A stretch of 64,000 bases of DNA from an uncultured Actinomycetota bacterium (lineage in GTDB: Bacteria > Actinomycetota > Humimicrobiia > Humimicrobiales > Humimicrobiaceae): contig CAZSVM010000010.1 in assembly GCA_964610315.1 (NCBI GenBank), positions 18,762 to 82,761 on the forward strand, given 5' to 3'. The notes under the pieces were generated by a model. That model had not been told where the DNA came from, did not search any database, and saw only the letters and a program-made list of their open reading frames with translations. A program made the translations under genes and the position numbers. Within the stretch, counting starts at the first letter, position 1; each line of letters opens with the position of its first letter. Shown here one piece after another: positions 18,579-27,867 of this stretch.

Positions 18579-19757
18579 TCAGTTTATCAAGCTATCCCGG
18601 TCTGCCAGTTTTGCTATGGTCAATTTATTTTCACCAAATTTATGTGATATTTTATCGATAGCCAGGGCCAGATTTTCATCCTTCCATTCCTCTTCGGGCA
18701 GCAGGCTTTTCAACATGGAAACTGGTTTAAGTTTACTAAGATAAACTCCTATCAGTCTGATTTTTTTTCTCTTCAGGTCCAGATTTTTAAGTATGGCAAC
18801 AGAAGATCTATGGATGTCAAATATACCGGAGGTGTAATTTTTTAAGGTTATTCTCATGGTAATTGTCTTAAAGTCGGAAAATCTTACTTTGAGGGTGACT
18901 ACTTTGCCCTTATACTCTTTCAGGCGGAGATTTCTGGATATTTTTTGCGAAAGGAGAAGAAGTGTTGATCTTAGTATCCCGTAATCATCTACATCTTTAC
19001 TGAAAGTCACTTCCCTTCCTACTGATTTAGGTTCCTGATTTGGTATCACCTCTCTGTTGTCGATCCCGTTTGCCATTTTATGTATAATTCTGCCGGCCTC
19101 TCCGAACTTGTTCTCGATTATCAGGGGAGGAGTTCTGGCAAGGTCTCCTATAGTTTCGATTCCCATTGGTTTAAGTTCTTCCTCCGTAACTTTTCCCACA
19201 CCCCATAAATAAGATACCGGCAAAAGCTTAACTTTTTCCATAACTTCGCTGGTATTATCCAGTACGGTAAGGCCGTTAGGTTTTCCTATACCGGAGGCCA
19301 GTTTGGCTAAAAACTTGTTGGGTCCTATGCCTGCGGAAGAGATTAAATTGGTCTGTTCATATATCCGTCCCTTTATTTTTTTGGCCATATCCAGTTCGTT
19401 TCCAAAAAGCTTTTGACAGCCGGTTACGTCCAGGAAAGCTTCATCGCAGCCTATAAATTCCACCAGAGGGGTAAACTGAAAGAATATCTCTCTTATTCGT
19501 ATTGATTCCTTAAGATATTTTTCCATATTAACAGGGATATAAATTCCCCGGGGACATAATTTCTTTGCCCGGCTCAGAGGCATTCCCGAGTACAGGCCAT
19601 ATTTTCTTGCTTCATAGGAAGCGGTGGAAATCACTCCTCTGTTTAACGGGCCCCCCACTATCAGGGGTTTGTTTTTATATTCCGGAGTGTCTCTCTGCTC
19701 TATCTGAGCAAAGAAAGCGTCCATGTCTATATGTATTATTCTTCTTGAACCAGCCAT
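18579..19757 (-). CDS. dinB: DNA polymerase IV (Y-family translesion polymerase)
   Basis: N-terminal IIHIDMDAFFAQIEQRD catalytic motif, SIDEAFLDV-type motif (GCDEAFLDVTG) and overall Y-family architecture. Confidence 0.85.
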   Translation of the reverse strand: MAGSRRIIHIDMDAFFAQIEQRDTPEYKNKPLIVGGPLNRGVISTASYEARKYGLYSGMPLSRAKKLCPRGIYIPVNMEKYLKESIRIREIFFQFTPLVEFIGCDEAFLDVTGCQKLFGNELDMAKKIKGRIYEQTNLISSAGIGPNKFLAKLASGIGKPNGLTVLDNTSEVMEKVKLLPVSYLWGVGKVTEEELKPMGIETIGDLARTPPLIIENKFGEAGRIIHKMANGIDNREVIPNQEPKSVGREVTFSKDVDDYGILRSTLLLLSQKISRNLRLKEYKGKVVTLKVRFSDFKTITMRITLKNYTSGIFDIHRSSVAILKNLDLKRKKIRLIGVYLSKLKPVSMLKSLLPEEEWKDENLALAIDKISHKFGENKLTIAKLADRDSLIN

Positions 19758-20322
19758 ACTGATCTTGTTTTTGTAAATAAATTATTTTTAATACTCTCTT
19801 TTCTACACCTATCTTTAGCTTTTTTTAAATAGGAAAGACTTATGACATTTTTACCGATTACGGTTGCCTCACCATCCTTAAGGCAGAGGCTGCCTTCAAT
19901 TATCAAAGCAGAGTGATTCATTATTACTTTCAGATTCTTTTTGCATCTATCGGGGAAGAACACTGCTTCATACATACCATCCCTATCTTCCATGGTGCAC
20001 AGGAGCATATCTCTGCCATTTCTGGTTTTAAACTTATTATCTGACATAGATTTTGATATCCTTTTCCGTTTCTAATCAGGGTAACCAGGTGGGGGAGCAT
20101 GCTGTCGTTGCTGACACAGATCTCACAGCCGATCAGGGGCTTTATGTTTTTACTAATGGCTTCTTTATAAAATTCAACGGCTCCGCTCATTACATATTTG
20201 TCGGTGAGAGCGACTGCATTCATACCCTTTTCGGCAGCAGCATTGATCAAGTCTTTTATTTTTACCGACGACTTCATCAGACTGTATTCACTGTGTACAT
20301 GAAGATGAGAAAAAAAAGCCAT
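19736..20322 (-). pseudogene. remnant of a DNA polymerase III alpha (DnaE/DnaE2-type) gene: N-terminal PHP fragment fused out of frame to a C-terminal OB-fold fragment (about 2.6 kb internal deletion)
   Basis: ORF 19930..20322(-) begins MAFFSHLHVHSEYSL...LTDKYVMSGAVEFYKEA...KPLIGCEI, the hallmark PHP-domain N-terminus of DnaE, then degenerates after about 100 aa. Overlapping ORF 19736..20047(-) in another frame carries GRDMLLCTMEDRDGMYEAVFFPD, the DnaE C-terminal OB-domain motif. Together about 590 nt versus about 3 kb for an intact gene. Confidence 0.65.
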
Positions 20323-20381
20323 TTTACCCCGTCCGGCTGATTGAATTTATATAGGAAAATTAACTGTTTTTATATTACTAC

Positions 20382-20395
20382 CAAACATATGTTCG
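20382..20395. promoter_or_regulatory. LexA (Cheo/DinR-type) SOS box cAAACATATGTTCG upstream of the dnaE-remnant/dinB operon
   Basis: 13 of 14 match to the Gram-positive SOS box consensus CGAACATATGTTCG (GAAC-N4-GTTC core), located about 60 nt upstream of the - strand ATG at 20322. Confidence 0.55.
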
Positions 20396-20551
20396 GTCAA
20401 TAGGGATTTATAAAATTTCCTTACTAATAGTTTCAGGGTTGATTTTATGAAATTTTTATATATAATAAGAGGCTTTGTACGGTAATATTAATAGATGTTT
20501 TAATTAAATTGTTAATATTTTGGTAAATTGAATATAGAAAGGGAGTAAAAT

Positions 20552-21160
20552 ATGAAAAGGTATAATATAACTGTACATATTTTATTCTGGGTTCTGGTGG
20601 TATTTTTGTCATCTGCTGCAGCATTGATTTTGTTTTCAAAAGATGATAGGTTCGGTTCTATCTTGCCGTTTTTAAAAGATACCGAGCTTCCGCAGAAAGA
20701 AAAGATGGTGGTCAGAGAGGTTAATGAAGTGGAGAAAGAAGTTGACTGGTATTATTTTATTGCTTCCGGATATAGCGCCAATGATCCCGGGCAGGGTACC
20801 GATAATGTAACTGCAACCGGAAAAGAGATAAAAGAAGGAATTATTGCAGTAGATCCTGATGTAATTCCTCTGGGAACGAAGGTGGAGATAAAAGATATGG
20901 GAGTTTTTACGGCAGAAGATACCGGGGGAAAAATTAAAGGTAACAGAGTAGATATATATTTTGATTCAAAAAAAGAGGCAAAAGATTTTGGCAGAAAAGG
21001 TATCTGGATTAGAATTATAAACGGCAATAATAAATTGGAGTTAGCTGGTTTATACGGTGAGGTACCCTTGTATGAAAATGTACCGGTAGACGAAGATGGA
21101 AATTTATCACCATATGGATATCAGGCACTGTATGGAAATTTATCGTTGTCCGGTAATTAG
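20552..21160 (+). CDS. 3D-domain protein (MltA-like/RlpA-like cell-wall-binding domain), N-terminal TM anchor
   Basis: C-terminal YYFIASGYSANDPGQGTDNVTATGKEIKEGIIAVDPDVIPLGTKVEIKDMGVFTAEDTGGKIKGNRVDIYF matches the 3D domain with three conserved Asp. Strong RBS GGGAG. Confidence 0.75.
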   Translation: MKRYNITVHILFWVLVVFLSSAAALILFSKDDRFGSILPFLKDTELPQKEKMVVREVNEVEKEVDWYYFIASGYSANDPGQGTDNVTATGKEIKEGIIAVDPDVIPLGTKVEIKDMGVFTAEDTGGKIKGNRVDIYFDSKKEAKDFGRKGIWIRIINGNNKLELAGLYGEVPLYENVPVDEDGNLSPYGYQALYGNLSLSGN

Positions 21161-21522
21161 GAATCTTTTTTATTATCTTTAATTATATTATTCAGTAATC
21201 CGTAAAATTCCAGAGCATCTTTTTTTCTTAATTTATATATTTTGATACTCTCTTTTTTATTCTCTACAGTCAGGGTGGAATAAATCAGGCCCTGCTTTAA
21301 TTGAACAGAAACAATATAGGGGTAGGTGGCTATAAATTTTTTATCTCTGGTTATATTGGAATAAAAATAGAAGAATAATTTTTTATCGGTTAGGACCAGG
21401 TAGCCGTCGATTATATTTTCCAGGTTGGCCGGGGCGATAAATACAGTTTTTTCGTCAGGTTCCATAAAAGGAAAATAACCCTTGTTGTGTGATTCTTCAT
21501 CATGTGATATTTGTTTATTCAT
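21157..21522 (-). CDS. hypothetical protein (bacterial PH/GRAM-like fold suspected)
   Basis: 121 aa. GYLVLTDKKLFFYF...YPYIVSVQLKQGLIYSTLTV pattern recalled as resembling bPH domains. Tentative. Confidence 0.4.
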   Translation of the reverse strand: MNKQISHDEESHNKGYFPFMEPDEKTVFIAPANLENIIDGYLVLTDKKLFFYFYSNITRDKKFIATYPYIVSVQLKQGLIYSTLTVENKKESIKIYKLRKKDALEFYGLLNNIIKDNKKDS

Positions 21523-21711
21523 TCCAATGTCCTATAAATTTGTTTTATATTTTATAATCCGTTTAGAAAATTAAGAAAAAATTAAGTGTAATTATATTAA
21601 ATAATAATTAATAAAAAAAGGAAATCCTTTGGAAATATAAAAAATAATAGAATTTGCTCATGTGTCTATGTTTGAAGGAGTCAACCTTGAATATTCTACC
21701 GGAGTATTTTG

Positions 21712-21740
21712 TTGACTTTTGTTTTTTGACTGGCTAATAT
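21712..21740 (+). promoter_or_regulatory. candidate sigma70-type promoter for tRNA-Gly (-35 TTGACT, 17-bp spacer, -10 TAATAT)
   Basis: Hexamers and spacing read from sequence. A second candidate -10 TATAAT lies at 21764..21769. Confidence 0.3.
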
Positions 21741-21791
21741 TTGTTTTGCAAAAAAAATGGTAATATAATACTTAGCCTGAAAGTATATCGA

Positions 21792-21867
21792 GCGGAAGTA
21801 GCTCAGTTGGTAGAGCATCACCTTGCCAAGGTGGGGGTCGCGGGTCCGAGTCCCGTCTTCCGCTCCA
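21792..21867 (+). tRNA. tRNA-Gly (anticodon GCC)
   Basis: Acceptor stem GCGGAAG/CTTCCGC, D-arm TAGCTCAGTTGGTAGAGC, anticodon loop TTGCCAA, TPsiC GGTCCGAGTCC, encoded CCA. 76 nt. Confidence 0.85.
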
Positions 21868-21956
21868 TTTTTTTATAGAAGATTTAATTTATCCTCTATA
21901 TATAAAAATATATAATGGTAAATATGAGAGAATTGGATAATTTTAAGGAAATCTAA

Positions 21957-23897
21957 TTGCAGATGATTGAAATTCATTTTAAAAATACAGGAAAAATTAA
22001 AGTAGAAAAAGGGTCCAGTGTTCTGGAAGCATTAAGTAAATTAAACAAAGTAGTTGCAGATACGGCGGTAGCAGCGGAACTGGTAAACGATAAAGGTGAA
22101 GACTCTGAGAACAGACTGGTTGATTTGAATTTCGGAGTAGAAAAAGATTCTGTTTTCAATATTATTACTCCCCATAATGATGAAATAGCCGGCGATATAT
22201 TAAATCACAGCTCCTCTCATATAATGGCGGCGGCTATAAAAAAAATATTTCCGGATGCCAAATTTACCATTGGTCCTGCCATAAAAGAAGGATTCTATTA
22301 TGATTTTGAAACTTTAAAAAATGTATCAGCAGAGGATCTTCCTTTGATTGAAGAAGAAATGAAAAAAATTATAAAGGCTGATTACCGGTTCGAAAGAAAT
22401 GAGATAAGCAAGGAAGAAGCCAGAAAATTATTTAAAGACAACATATACAAGATAGAACTAATAAATGATATAAAAGATGATAAAGTCAGCATATATACCT
22501 GCGGAGATTTTGTTGACTTGTGTGCCGGACCGCATATTCCATCGACAGGAAGAGTGGGAGCATTCAAGTTATTAAGCGTCGCCGGGGCTTACTGGAGAGG
22601 AAACGAAAAAAACAAGATGCTGGCCAGAATATACGGGACATCGTTCTTTAAAAAAGAGGATTTAAAAAGGTATCTCGAAAAATTGGAAATAGCCAGAAGA
22701 AGCGATCACAGGAAGATAGGCAGAGATCTGGATCTGTTCAGTTTTCATGATGAAGCACCGGGATTTCCTTTTTTCCACCCCATGGGAAAGAAACTTATAG
22801 ATATAATACTGGAATACTGGAAAGATGAACATTTAAAAGAAGGTTATATGGAGATAAACACTCCCATTATACTCAGCAACCAGTTATGGAAAACTTCCGG
22901 CCACTGGGATAATTACCGAGAAAATATGTATTTTGTAAAAATCGATGAGGAAGATTATGCCATAAAACCTATGAACTGCCCGGGTACTATTTTAGTATAT
23001 AAATCAAACCAGCACTCTTATAAAGAGCTGCCTATAAAAATTGCCGAACTGGGATTGGTCCACAGGCATGAAAAATCAGGTGTTCTACACGGATTGTTCA
23101 GAGTGAGGAGTTTCACTCAGGATGATGCTCATATATTTTGCACGGTGGAGCAGGTGGGTAATGAAGTATCCGGGGTAATAAGTCTGGTTGACCGTATTTA
23201 CAGAGTTTTTGGTTTTGATAAATATAAGGTTGAGCTTTCCACCAAACCGGAAAAACGAATAGGAACCGACGAGATGTGGGATGAGGCTGAAAGTATATTA
23301 AAGGATGCCATGGAGACTAGCGGGCTGGAATATATGATAAATGAAGGTGAAGGAGCTTTTTATGGTCCCAAAATTGATTTTCACATAAGGGACTGTCTAG
23401 ACAGAACCTGGCAGTGTGGTACCATACAGCTTGATTTTGCCATGCCGGAGAAATTTGATATCGAATATATGGGAGAAGATAATGCCAGACACAGGCCGGT
23501 AATGATTCATAGAACAGTTCTGGGGAGCATCGAAAGATTTATAGGTATACTTCTGGAGCATTACAGTGGAAATTTACCTCCATGGCTGGCTCCCCGGCAG
23601 ATTACCATACTTCCTATTTCGGAAAAATATTATCGGTATGCTAAGAAGGTGTATGATTGTTTGAAGGTCAATGATTTCAGGGTGGAAATGGACAACAGAG
23701 TGGAATCATTGAGTAAAAAGATAAAACAGGCAGAGATTAAGAAAATACCCTATATGGTTATAATTGGTGAAAATGAGGAAAAAACTGAAACTGTAACCAT
23801 AAGGAAAAAAATTGGCGGGGATATAAAAGAAATAAAACTGGAGGATTTTATAAGCAAATTAAAAAATATCGTCGGCAGTAAGGAAAAAAATTATTAG
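21957..23897 (+). CDS. thrS: threonine--tRNA ligase
   Basis: TGS domain at N-terminus, editing-domain motifs, class II motifs HRKIGRDLDLF, FRVRSFTQDDAHIF, GPKIDFH, and C-terminal anticodon-binding domain. True start may be ATG 21963. Confidence 0.9.
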   Translation: MQMIEIHFKNTGKIKVEKGSSVLEALSKLNKVVADTAVAAELVNDKGEDSENRLVDLNFGVEKDSVFNIITPHNDEIAGDILNHSSSHIMAAAIKKIFPDAKFTIGPAIKEGFYYDFETLKNVSAEDLPLIEEEMKKIIKADYRFERNEISKEEARKLFKDNIYKIELINDIKDDKVSIYTCGDFVDLCAGPHIPSTGRVGAFKLLSVAGAYWRGNEKNKMLARIYGTSFFKKEDLKRYLEKLEIARRSDHRKIGRDLDLFSFHDEAPGFPFFHPMGKKLIDIILEYWKDEHLKEGYMEINTPIILSNQLWKTSGHWDNYRENMYFVKIDEEDYAIKPMNCPGTILVYKSNQHSYKELPIKIAELGLVHRHEKSGVLHGLFRVRSFTQDDAHIFCTVEQVGNEVSGVISLVDRIYRVFGFDKYKVELSTKPEKRIGTDEMWDEAESILKDAMETSGLEYMINEGEGAFYGPKIDFHIRDCLDRTWQCGTIQLDFAMPEKFDIEYMGEDNARHRPVMIHRTVLGSIERFIGILLEHYSGNLPPWLAPRQITILPISEKYYRYAKKVYDCLKVNDFRVEMDNRVESLSKKIKQAEIKKIPYMVIIGENEEKTETVTIRKKIGGDIKEIKLEDFISKLKNIVGSKEKNY

Positions 23898-24038
23898 ATG
23901 AATTTTTTAATACTTTATTTTTTATAAAAATGTTCCTATAATTCTAATAATCCTTGTAATTCGGTCTTAAATTTTATTATACCGGTATTAACATAACATG
24001 ACTTTTATATTTTATTAATATATCAAGGGGTACGTGAA

Positions 24039-25382
24039 ATGACATTAAAGGAAAGAGTAAAATTGTATACCACTAAAACCGCTATAAAAGGCGTACTTAG
24101 AATACTGCCTAAGATTTCCGACGATAGGTGGCTTTCCCTGATTAAAGGAAGGGTATATAAGCTTAAGAAAAAAGAAGAAAGAGATTTTCTGGAGAATTTA
24201 CTAATAAATCTTAAGAGGCAGTCTTCCAGAGTATCTCCACAGGTGAGAGAAAAAGTAGTTATGAATTTGATAAATAATGCCATGATACAGGGTCAGCCCA
24301 GAAGGCTTGCTTTTGCTAAAAAATATGGCTTTAATCCGCCCAATCTTTTAGTAATGAGTCCCACCATGAGATGTAATCTGAAATGCTACGGGTGCTATGC
24401 CTGGCAGTATTCCAAAAAGAGCGACCTTCCCTATGATGTATGCAACAGAATAATAGAAGAAGCAAACAACATAGGGCTTTACTTCTTTGTTATTACCGGC
24501 GGGGAGCCATTTTGCTGGGATAAATTATATGACTTTCTGGAAAGACATAATAATTCATTTTTCCAAATTTATACCAATGGTCAGTTGATAGATGACAAAG
24601 TGGCAAAGAAGCTGGCGGAACTTGGGAATGCAGTTCCCTGTATAAGTGTAGAAGGTTTTGAAAAAGAAACTGACGAGAGAAGAGGAAAGGGAGCCTGGGC
24701 AAGAATTATGAAAGCAATGGATTCACTTAATAAAAATGGGGTGCTTTTTGGATTTTCGGTGACTGCAACCAGATCTAATAATGAATTGGTGGTAAGCGAT
24801 GAATTTGTTGATTTGTTTATAGAAAAGGGAGCATTCGTAGGATGGTACTTTAATTATGTTCCTATAGGTAAAAATCCGGCTTTGGAACTTATGCCCACTC
24901 CTGAACAAAGAGATTACAGACGTAAAAGGATTCTGGAAATAAGGAGGAGCAAAAACCTGGTAATAGCTGATTTCTGGAATGACGGGCCGCTGGTAAACGG
25001 CTGCATGGCCGGCGGGAAAAATTATTTACATATTAATGTAAATGGAGATGTCGAACCCTGTGTTTTCGTTCACTTTGCTGCTGACAATATAAAAGAAAAA
25101 AGTCTGGTCGAAATTTTAAATTCGGATTTCTTTAATGGATTCAGAAAAAGGCAGCCTTATACGAAAAATCATCTGAGACCATGCTGTATAATAGATAACC
25201 CTCATGTTTTAAGAGAAATAGTTGCTGAAACCGGTGCTTATCCCACCCATGACGGGGCAGAGACAATCATAGGCTGTCTTGCAAAACCACTGGATAAATA
25301 TGCAGGTGATTATAAAGAAATTGCGGACAAGGCGTGGGAAGAAGAGTATGTTCCTGAAGAAGATGGAGAAGTAGCAGTATAG
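24039..25382 (+). CDS. radical SAM protein with C-terminal SPASM/twitch-like Cys cluster and an ~110-aa N-terminal extension (possible substrate-recognition domain)
   Basis: CNLKCYGCYAW (Cx3Cx2C) at residue ~112, GGEP motif FFVITGGEPF, and C-terminal cysteines NGCMAGG...EPCVFVH...RPCCIIDNP. Inserted between thrS and infC. Confidence 0.7.
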   Translation: MTLKERVKLYTTKTAIKGVLRILPKISDDRWLSLIKGRVYKLKKKEERDFLENLLINLKRQSSRVSPQVREKVVMNLINNAMIQGQPRRLAFAKKYGFNPPNLLVMSPTMRCNLKCYGCYAWQYSKKSDLPYDVCNRIIEEANNIGLYFFVITGGEPFCWDKLYDFLERHNNSFFQIYTNGQLIDDKVAKKLAELGNAVPCISVEGFEKETDERRGKGAWARIMKAMDSLNKNGVLFGFSVTATRSNNELVVSDEFVDLFIEKGAFVGWYFNYVPIGKNPALELMPTPEQRDYRRKRILEIRRSKNLVIADFWNDGPLVNGCMAGGKNYLHINVNGDVEPCVFVHFAADNIKEKSLVEILNSDFFNGFRKRQPYTKNHLRPCCIIDNPHVLREIVAETGAYPTHDGAETIIGCLAKPLDKYAGDYKEIADKAWEEEYVPEEDGEVAV

Positions 25383-25547
25383 ACAAAATAATTAATAATT
25401 AGTATAATTCCGAAATTACCAATACAAATTTGTTAAAAAAATAGAAGGAATAAAAAAATAAGTAGAAATCATCTATTTCTCACCAGATGGCAGTTTTATA
25501 AACTTGTTAATTTGGTTATTTATATTTAAGTTCAAATAAATAGGTAG

Positions 25548-26114
25548 ATGATTGATCTGCCTATTTTTTTTAAAAATGAACCTGGGAGGTGTACCTTCAA
25601 CGACGATAAGAAAATTCGTATAAACGAACAGATAAGGATACCGGAGGTCAGATTAATATCGGAAGATGGTAAGCAGATCGGGATAGTTCCTATTAAAGAA
25701 GCATTAAAAACTGCCGAGCAAAGAGGGCTGGATCTGGTTGAAATTTCCCCTGGAAGCAATCCTCCTGTCTGTAAAATAATGGATTACAGAAAATATAAGT
25801 ATCAGCTGGAAATATCGGAAAAATTAAAGAAAAAGAAGCAATCGCAGATTATCGTAAAAGAAATAAAATTGAGACCCAAAATAGATACAAATGATCTTAA
25901 TACCAAAAAAAGGCAGATAGAAAAATTTTTAAAAAGTGGCTATAAGGTAAAAATAACTATTATGTTCAGGGGAAGGGAAATTGTGCACAAGGAAATTGGT
26001 ATGAATATACTGGAAAGATTAATGGAAGAATTAAAGGATAAATACACTCTGGAGTTGGAACCAAAGACGGATGGGTACAATATAATTACAATTTTGGCCC
26101 CGGCTTTGAAATAA
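25548..26114 (+). CDS. infC: translation initiation factor IF-3
   Basis: KKIRINEQIRIPEVRLISEDGKQIGIV N-domain and C-domain motifs. The ATG at 25548 gives about 20 extra N-terminal residues. infC genes often use a non-AUG start (AUU/AUA), so the true start is uncertain. Confidence 0.85.
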   Translation: MIDLPIFFKNEPGRCTFNDDKKIRINEQIRIPEVRLISEDGKQIGIVPIKEALKTAEQRGLDLVEISPGSNPPVCKIMDYRKYKYQLEISEKLKKKKQSQIIVKEIKLRPKIDTNDLNTKKRQIEKFLKSGYKVKITIMFRGREIVHKEIGMNILERLMEELKDKYTLELEPKTDGYNIITILAPALK

Positions 26115-26152
26115 AAGTGAACCCCAGAAATTAAACCGGAAGGATATTTATT

Positions 26153-26347
26153 ATGCCTAAAATAAAGACCCATAAAGGCGCTGCTAAAAGGTTCAAGGTA
26201 ACCGGCAGCGGAAAAATTTTAAGAGTAAAAGCGTATAAGAGCCATATTTTAACCAAGAAGAACGCCGAAAGAAAAAGGCGGCTGAGGAAAATGCAGGAAG
26301 TATCTTCTTCCGATAAGAAGAAAGTAAGAAGGCTGCTAAGTAGATAG
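26153..26347 (+). CDS. rpmI: 50S ribosomal protein L35
   Basis: [21 protein letters not shown] is the canonical L35 N-terminus. Confidence 0.9.
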   Translation: MPKIKTHKGAAKRFKVTGSGKILRVKAYKSHILTKKNAERKRRLRKMQEVSSSDKKKVRRLLSR

Positions 26348-26364
26348 GGAAAGGTGTGATTTAA

Positions 26365-26721
26365 ATGACCAGAGTTAAAAGAGGACAATTAAAAAGAAAA
26401 AAGCATAAAAAAGTATTGAAAGAAGCGAGGGGATATTATGGTTCCAAAAGCAGGAGCTATAAGATTGCCAAAGAGCAGCTTCTTAAATCAATGAGCTATG
26501 CATACAGGGACAGAAAAAATAATAAAAGAAATTTCAGGAGATTATGGATTACGAGAATAAATGCTGCAGCCAGAATAAATGGGATATCCTATAATGAATT
26601 TATTTGCGGCCTAAAGAAGGCCAGCATTGATATAAACAGAAAAATGTTGTCAGAAATGGCTGTAAAGGACCCTAATGCTTTTAAGAAATTAGCCGAGGCT
26701 GCAAAGAAACAGCTGGTATAA
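26365..26721 (+). CDS. rplT: 50S ribosomal protein L20
   Basis: MTRVKRG...[17 protein letters not shown] is the canonical L20 sequence. Confidence 0.9.
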   Translation: MTRVKRGQLKRKKHKKVLKEARGYYGSKSRSYKIAKEQLLKSMSYAYRDRKNNKRNFRRLWITRINAAARINGISYNEFICGLKKASIDINRKMLSEMAVKDPNAFKKLAEAAKKQLV

Positions 26722-26725
26722 AATT

Positions 26726-27772
26726 ATGGATGAAGAAGAAAAAAAAGTAGATGAGCTAGAAAAAAAAATAAAGGCGGAACTTGATAATTTTAGCAGGGAA
26801 CTGAAAGCTATAGAAAATTTAGGCGATCTGGAGAGAATAAGAACGAAGTATGTGGGGAAAAAAAGTTTCCTGATCAAAACCTTAAAAAATATCGGCAGTT
26901 TACCTCAATACCTAAAGCCAGTAATCGGCAAAAAGTTAAATACTGCACGCGGTGAAATCGAACGGAGTATACTGGAAAAGGAAAAAATTCTTAAGGGTAT
27001 TGAATATGAAAAAAAACTAAGAGAAGAAATTATGGACCTTTCACTGCCGGGAAGAAGAATAGAAGCCGGAAGGAAAAATATAATTTCCAGAGTCATCGAA
27101 GAGATCGAGGAAATTTTTATCGGTATGGGATTTCAAATTGCAGAAGGACCTGAGGCTGAAACTGATTATTATAATTTTGAAGCGCTAAATACTCCTGCCG
27201 ATCATCCGGCGAGGTCTCTACATGATACTTTTTTTATATCCGATAAAATTTTACTCAGGACTCATACCTCACCGGTTCAGATAAGATATATGGAAAATAA
27301 CAAACCTCCCTTGTTAATTATAGCGCCGGGTAAAGCATACCGCAGGGATTATGATGTATCGCACACTCCTATGTTTACCCAGATAGAGGGCCTGGTGATA
27401 GATAAAGGTATAAATTTTGGTAACCTTAAATGGACACTGGAGACATTTGCCCATGAAATTTTCGGAAAAAACAGAGAAGTGAGATTCAGACCACATTATT
27501 TTCCATTTACAGAGCCAAGTGCCGAGGTTGATGTATCCTGTAATATATGCGGTGGAAAAGGGTGCAGGGTATGTTCAGGAAGCGGATGGCTGGAAATTCT
27601 GGGTGCCGGAATGGTAGACCCTAATTTATATTCATTTGTAGGATACCATCAGGAAGAAGTAAGCGGATTTGCTTTCGGCATGGGAATAGAGCGAATTTGT
27701 ATGTTGAAGTACGGTATTGATGATTTAAGGTTATTTTTTGAGGGTGATCTGAGATTTGTCAGCCAATTCTGA
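26726..27772 (+). CDS. pheS: phenylalanine--tRNA ligase alpha subunit
   Basis: Class II motifs HPARSLHDTFF, FRPHYFPFTEPSAEVDV, GAGMVDPNLY. Position in the infC-rpmI-rplT-pheST cluster. Confidence 0.9.
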   Translation: MDEEEKKVDELEKKIKAELDNFSRELKAIENLGDLERIRTKYVGKKSFLIKTLKNIGSLPQYLKPVIGKKLNTARGEIERSILEKEKILKGIEYEKKLREEIMDLSLPGRRIEAGRKNIISRVIEEIEEIFIGMGFQIAEGPEAETDYYNFEALNTPADHPARSLHDTFFISDKILLRTHTSPVQIRYMENNKPPLLIIAPGKAYRRDYDVSHTPMFTQIEGLVIDKGINFGNLKWTLETFAHEIFGKNREVRFRPHYFPFTEPSAEVDVSCNICGGKGCRVCSGSGWLEILGAGMVDPNLYSFVGYHQEEVSGFAFGMGIERICMLKYGIDDLRLFFEGDLRFVSQF

Positions 27773-27867
27773 CTTTTGGTATGTCCTTAATCATTTGGGT
27801 TTTGTTATTTAATTATTTTTAAAAGGATATTTTGATTGTATATATTTGATGGAAGGCAGTTTAGGAA

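Noticed and set aside
20053-20340. 95-aa ORF on the + strand
   Set aside because: It is the antisense frame of the DnaE PHP-domain remnant. The - strand frame carries the recognisable motif.
25440-25470. Small hairpin (TAGAAAT-CATCT-ATTTCTC) in the infC leader as an L20-dependent attenuator
   Set aside because: The stem is short and AT-rich with one mismatch and has no following T-run. That is insufficient to call a regulatory structure.
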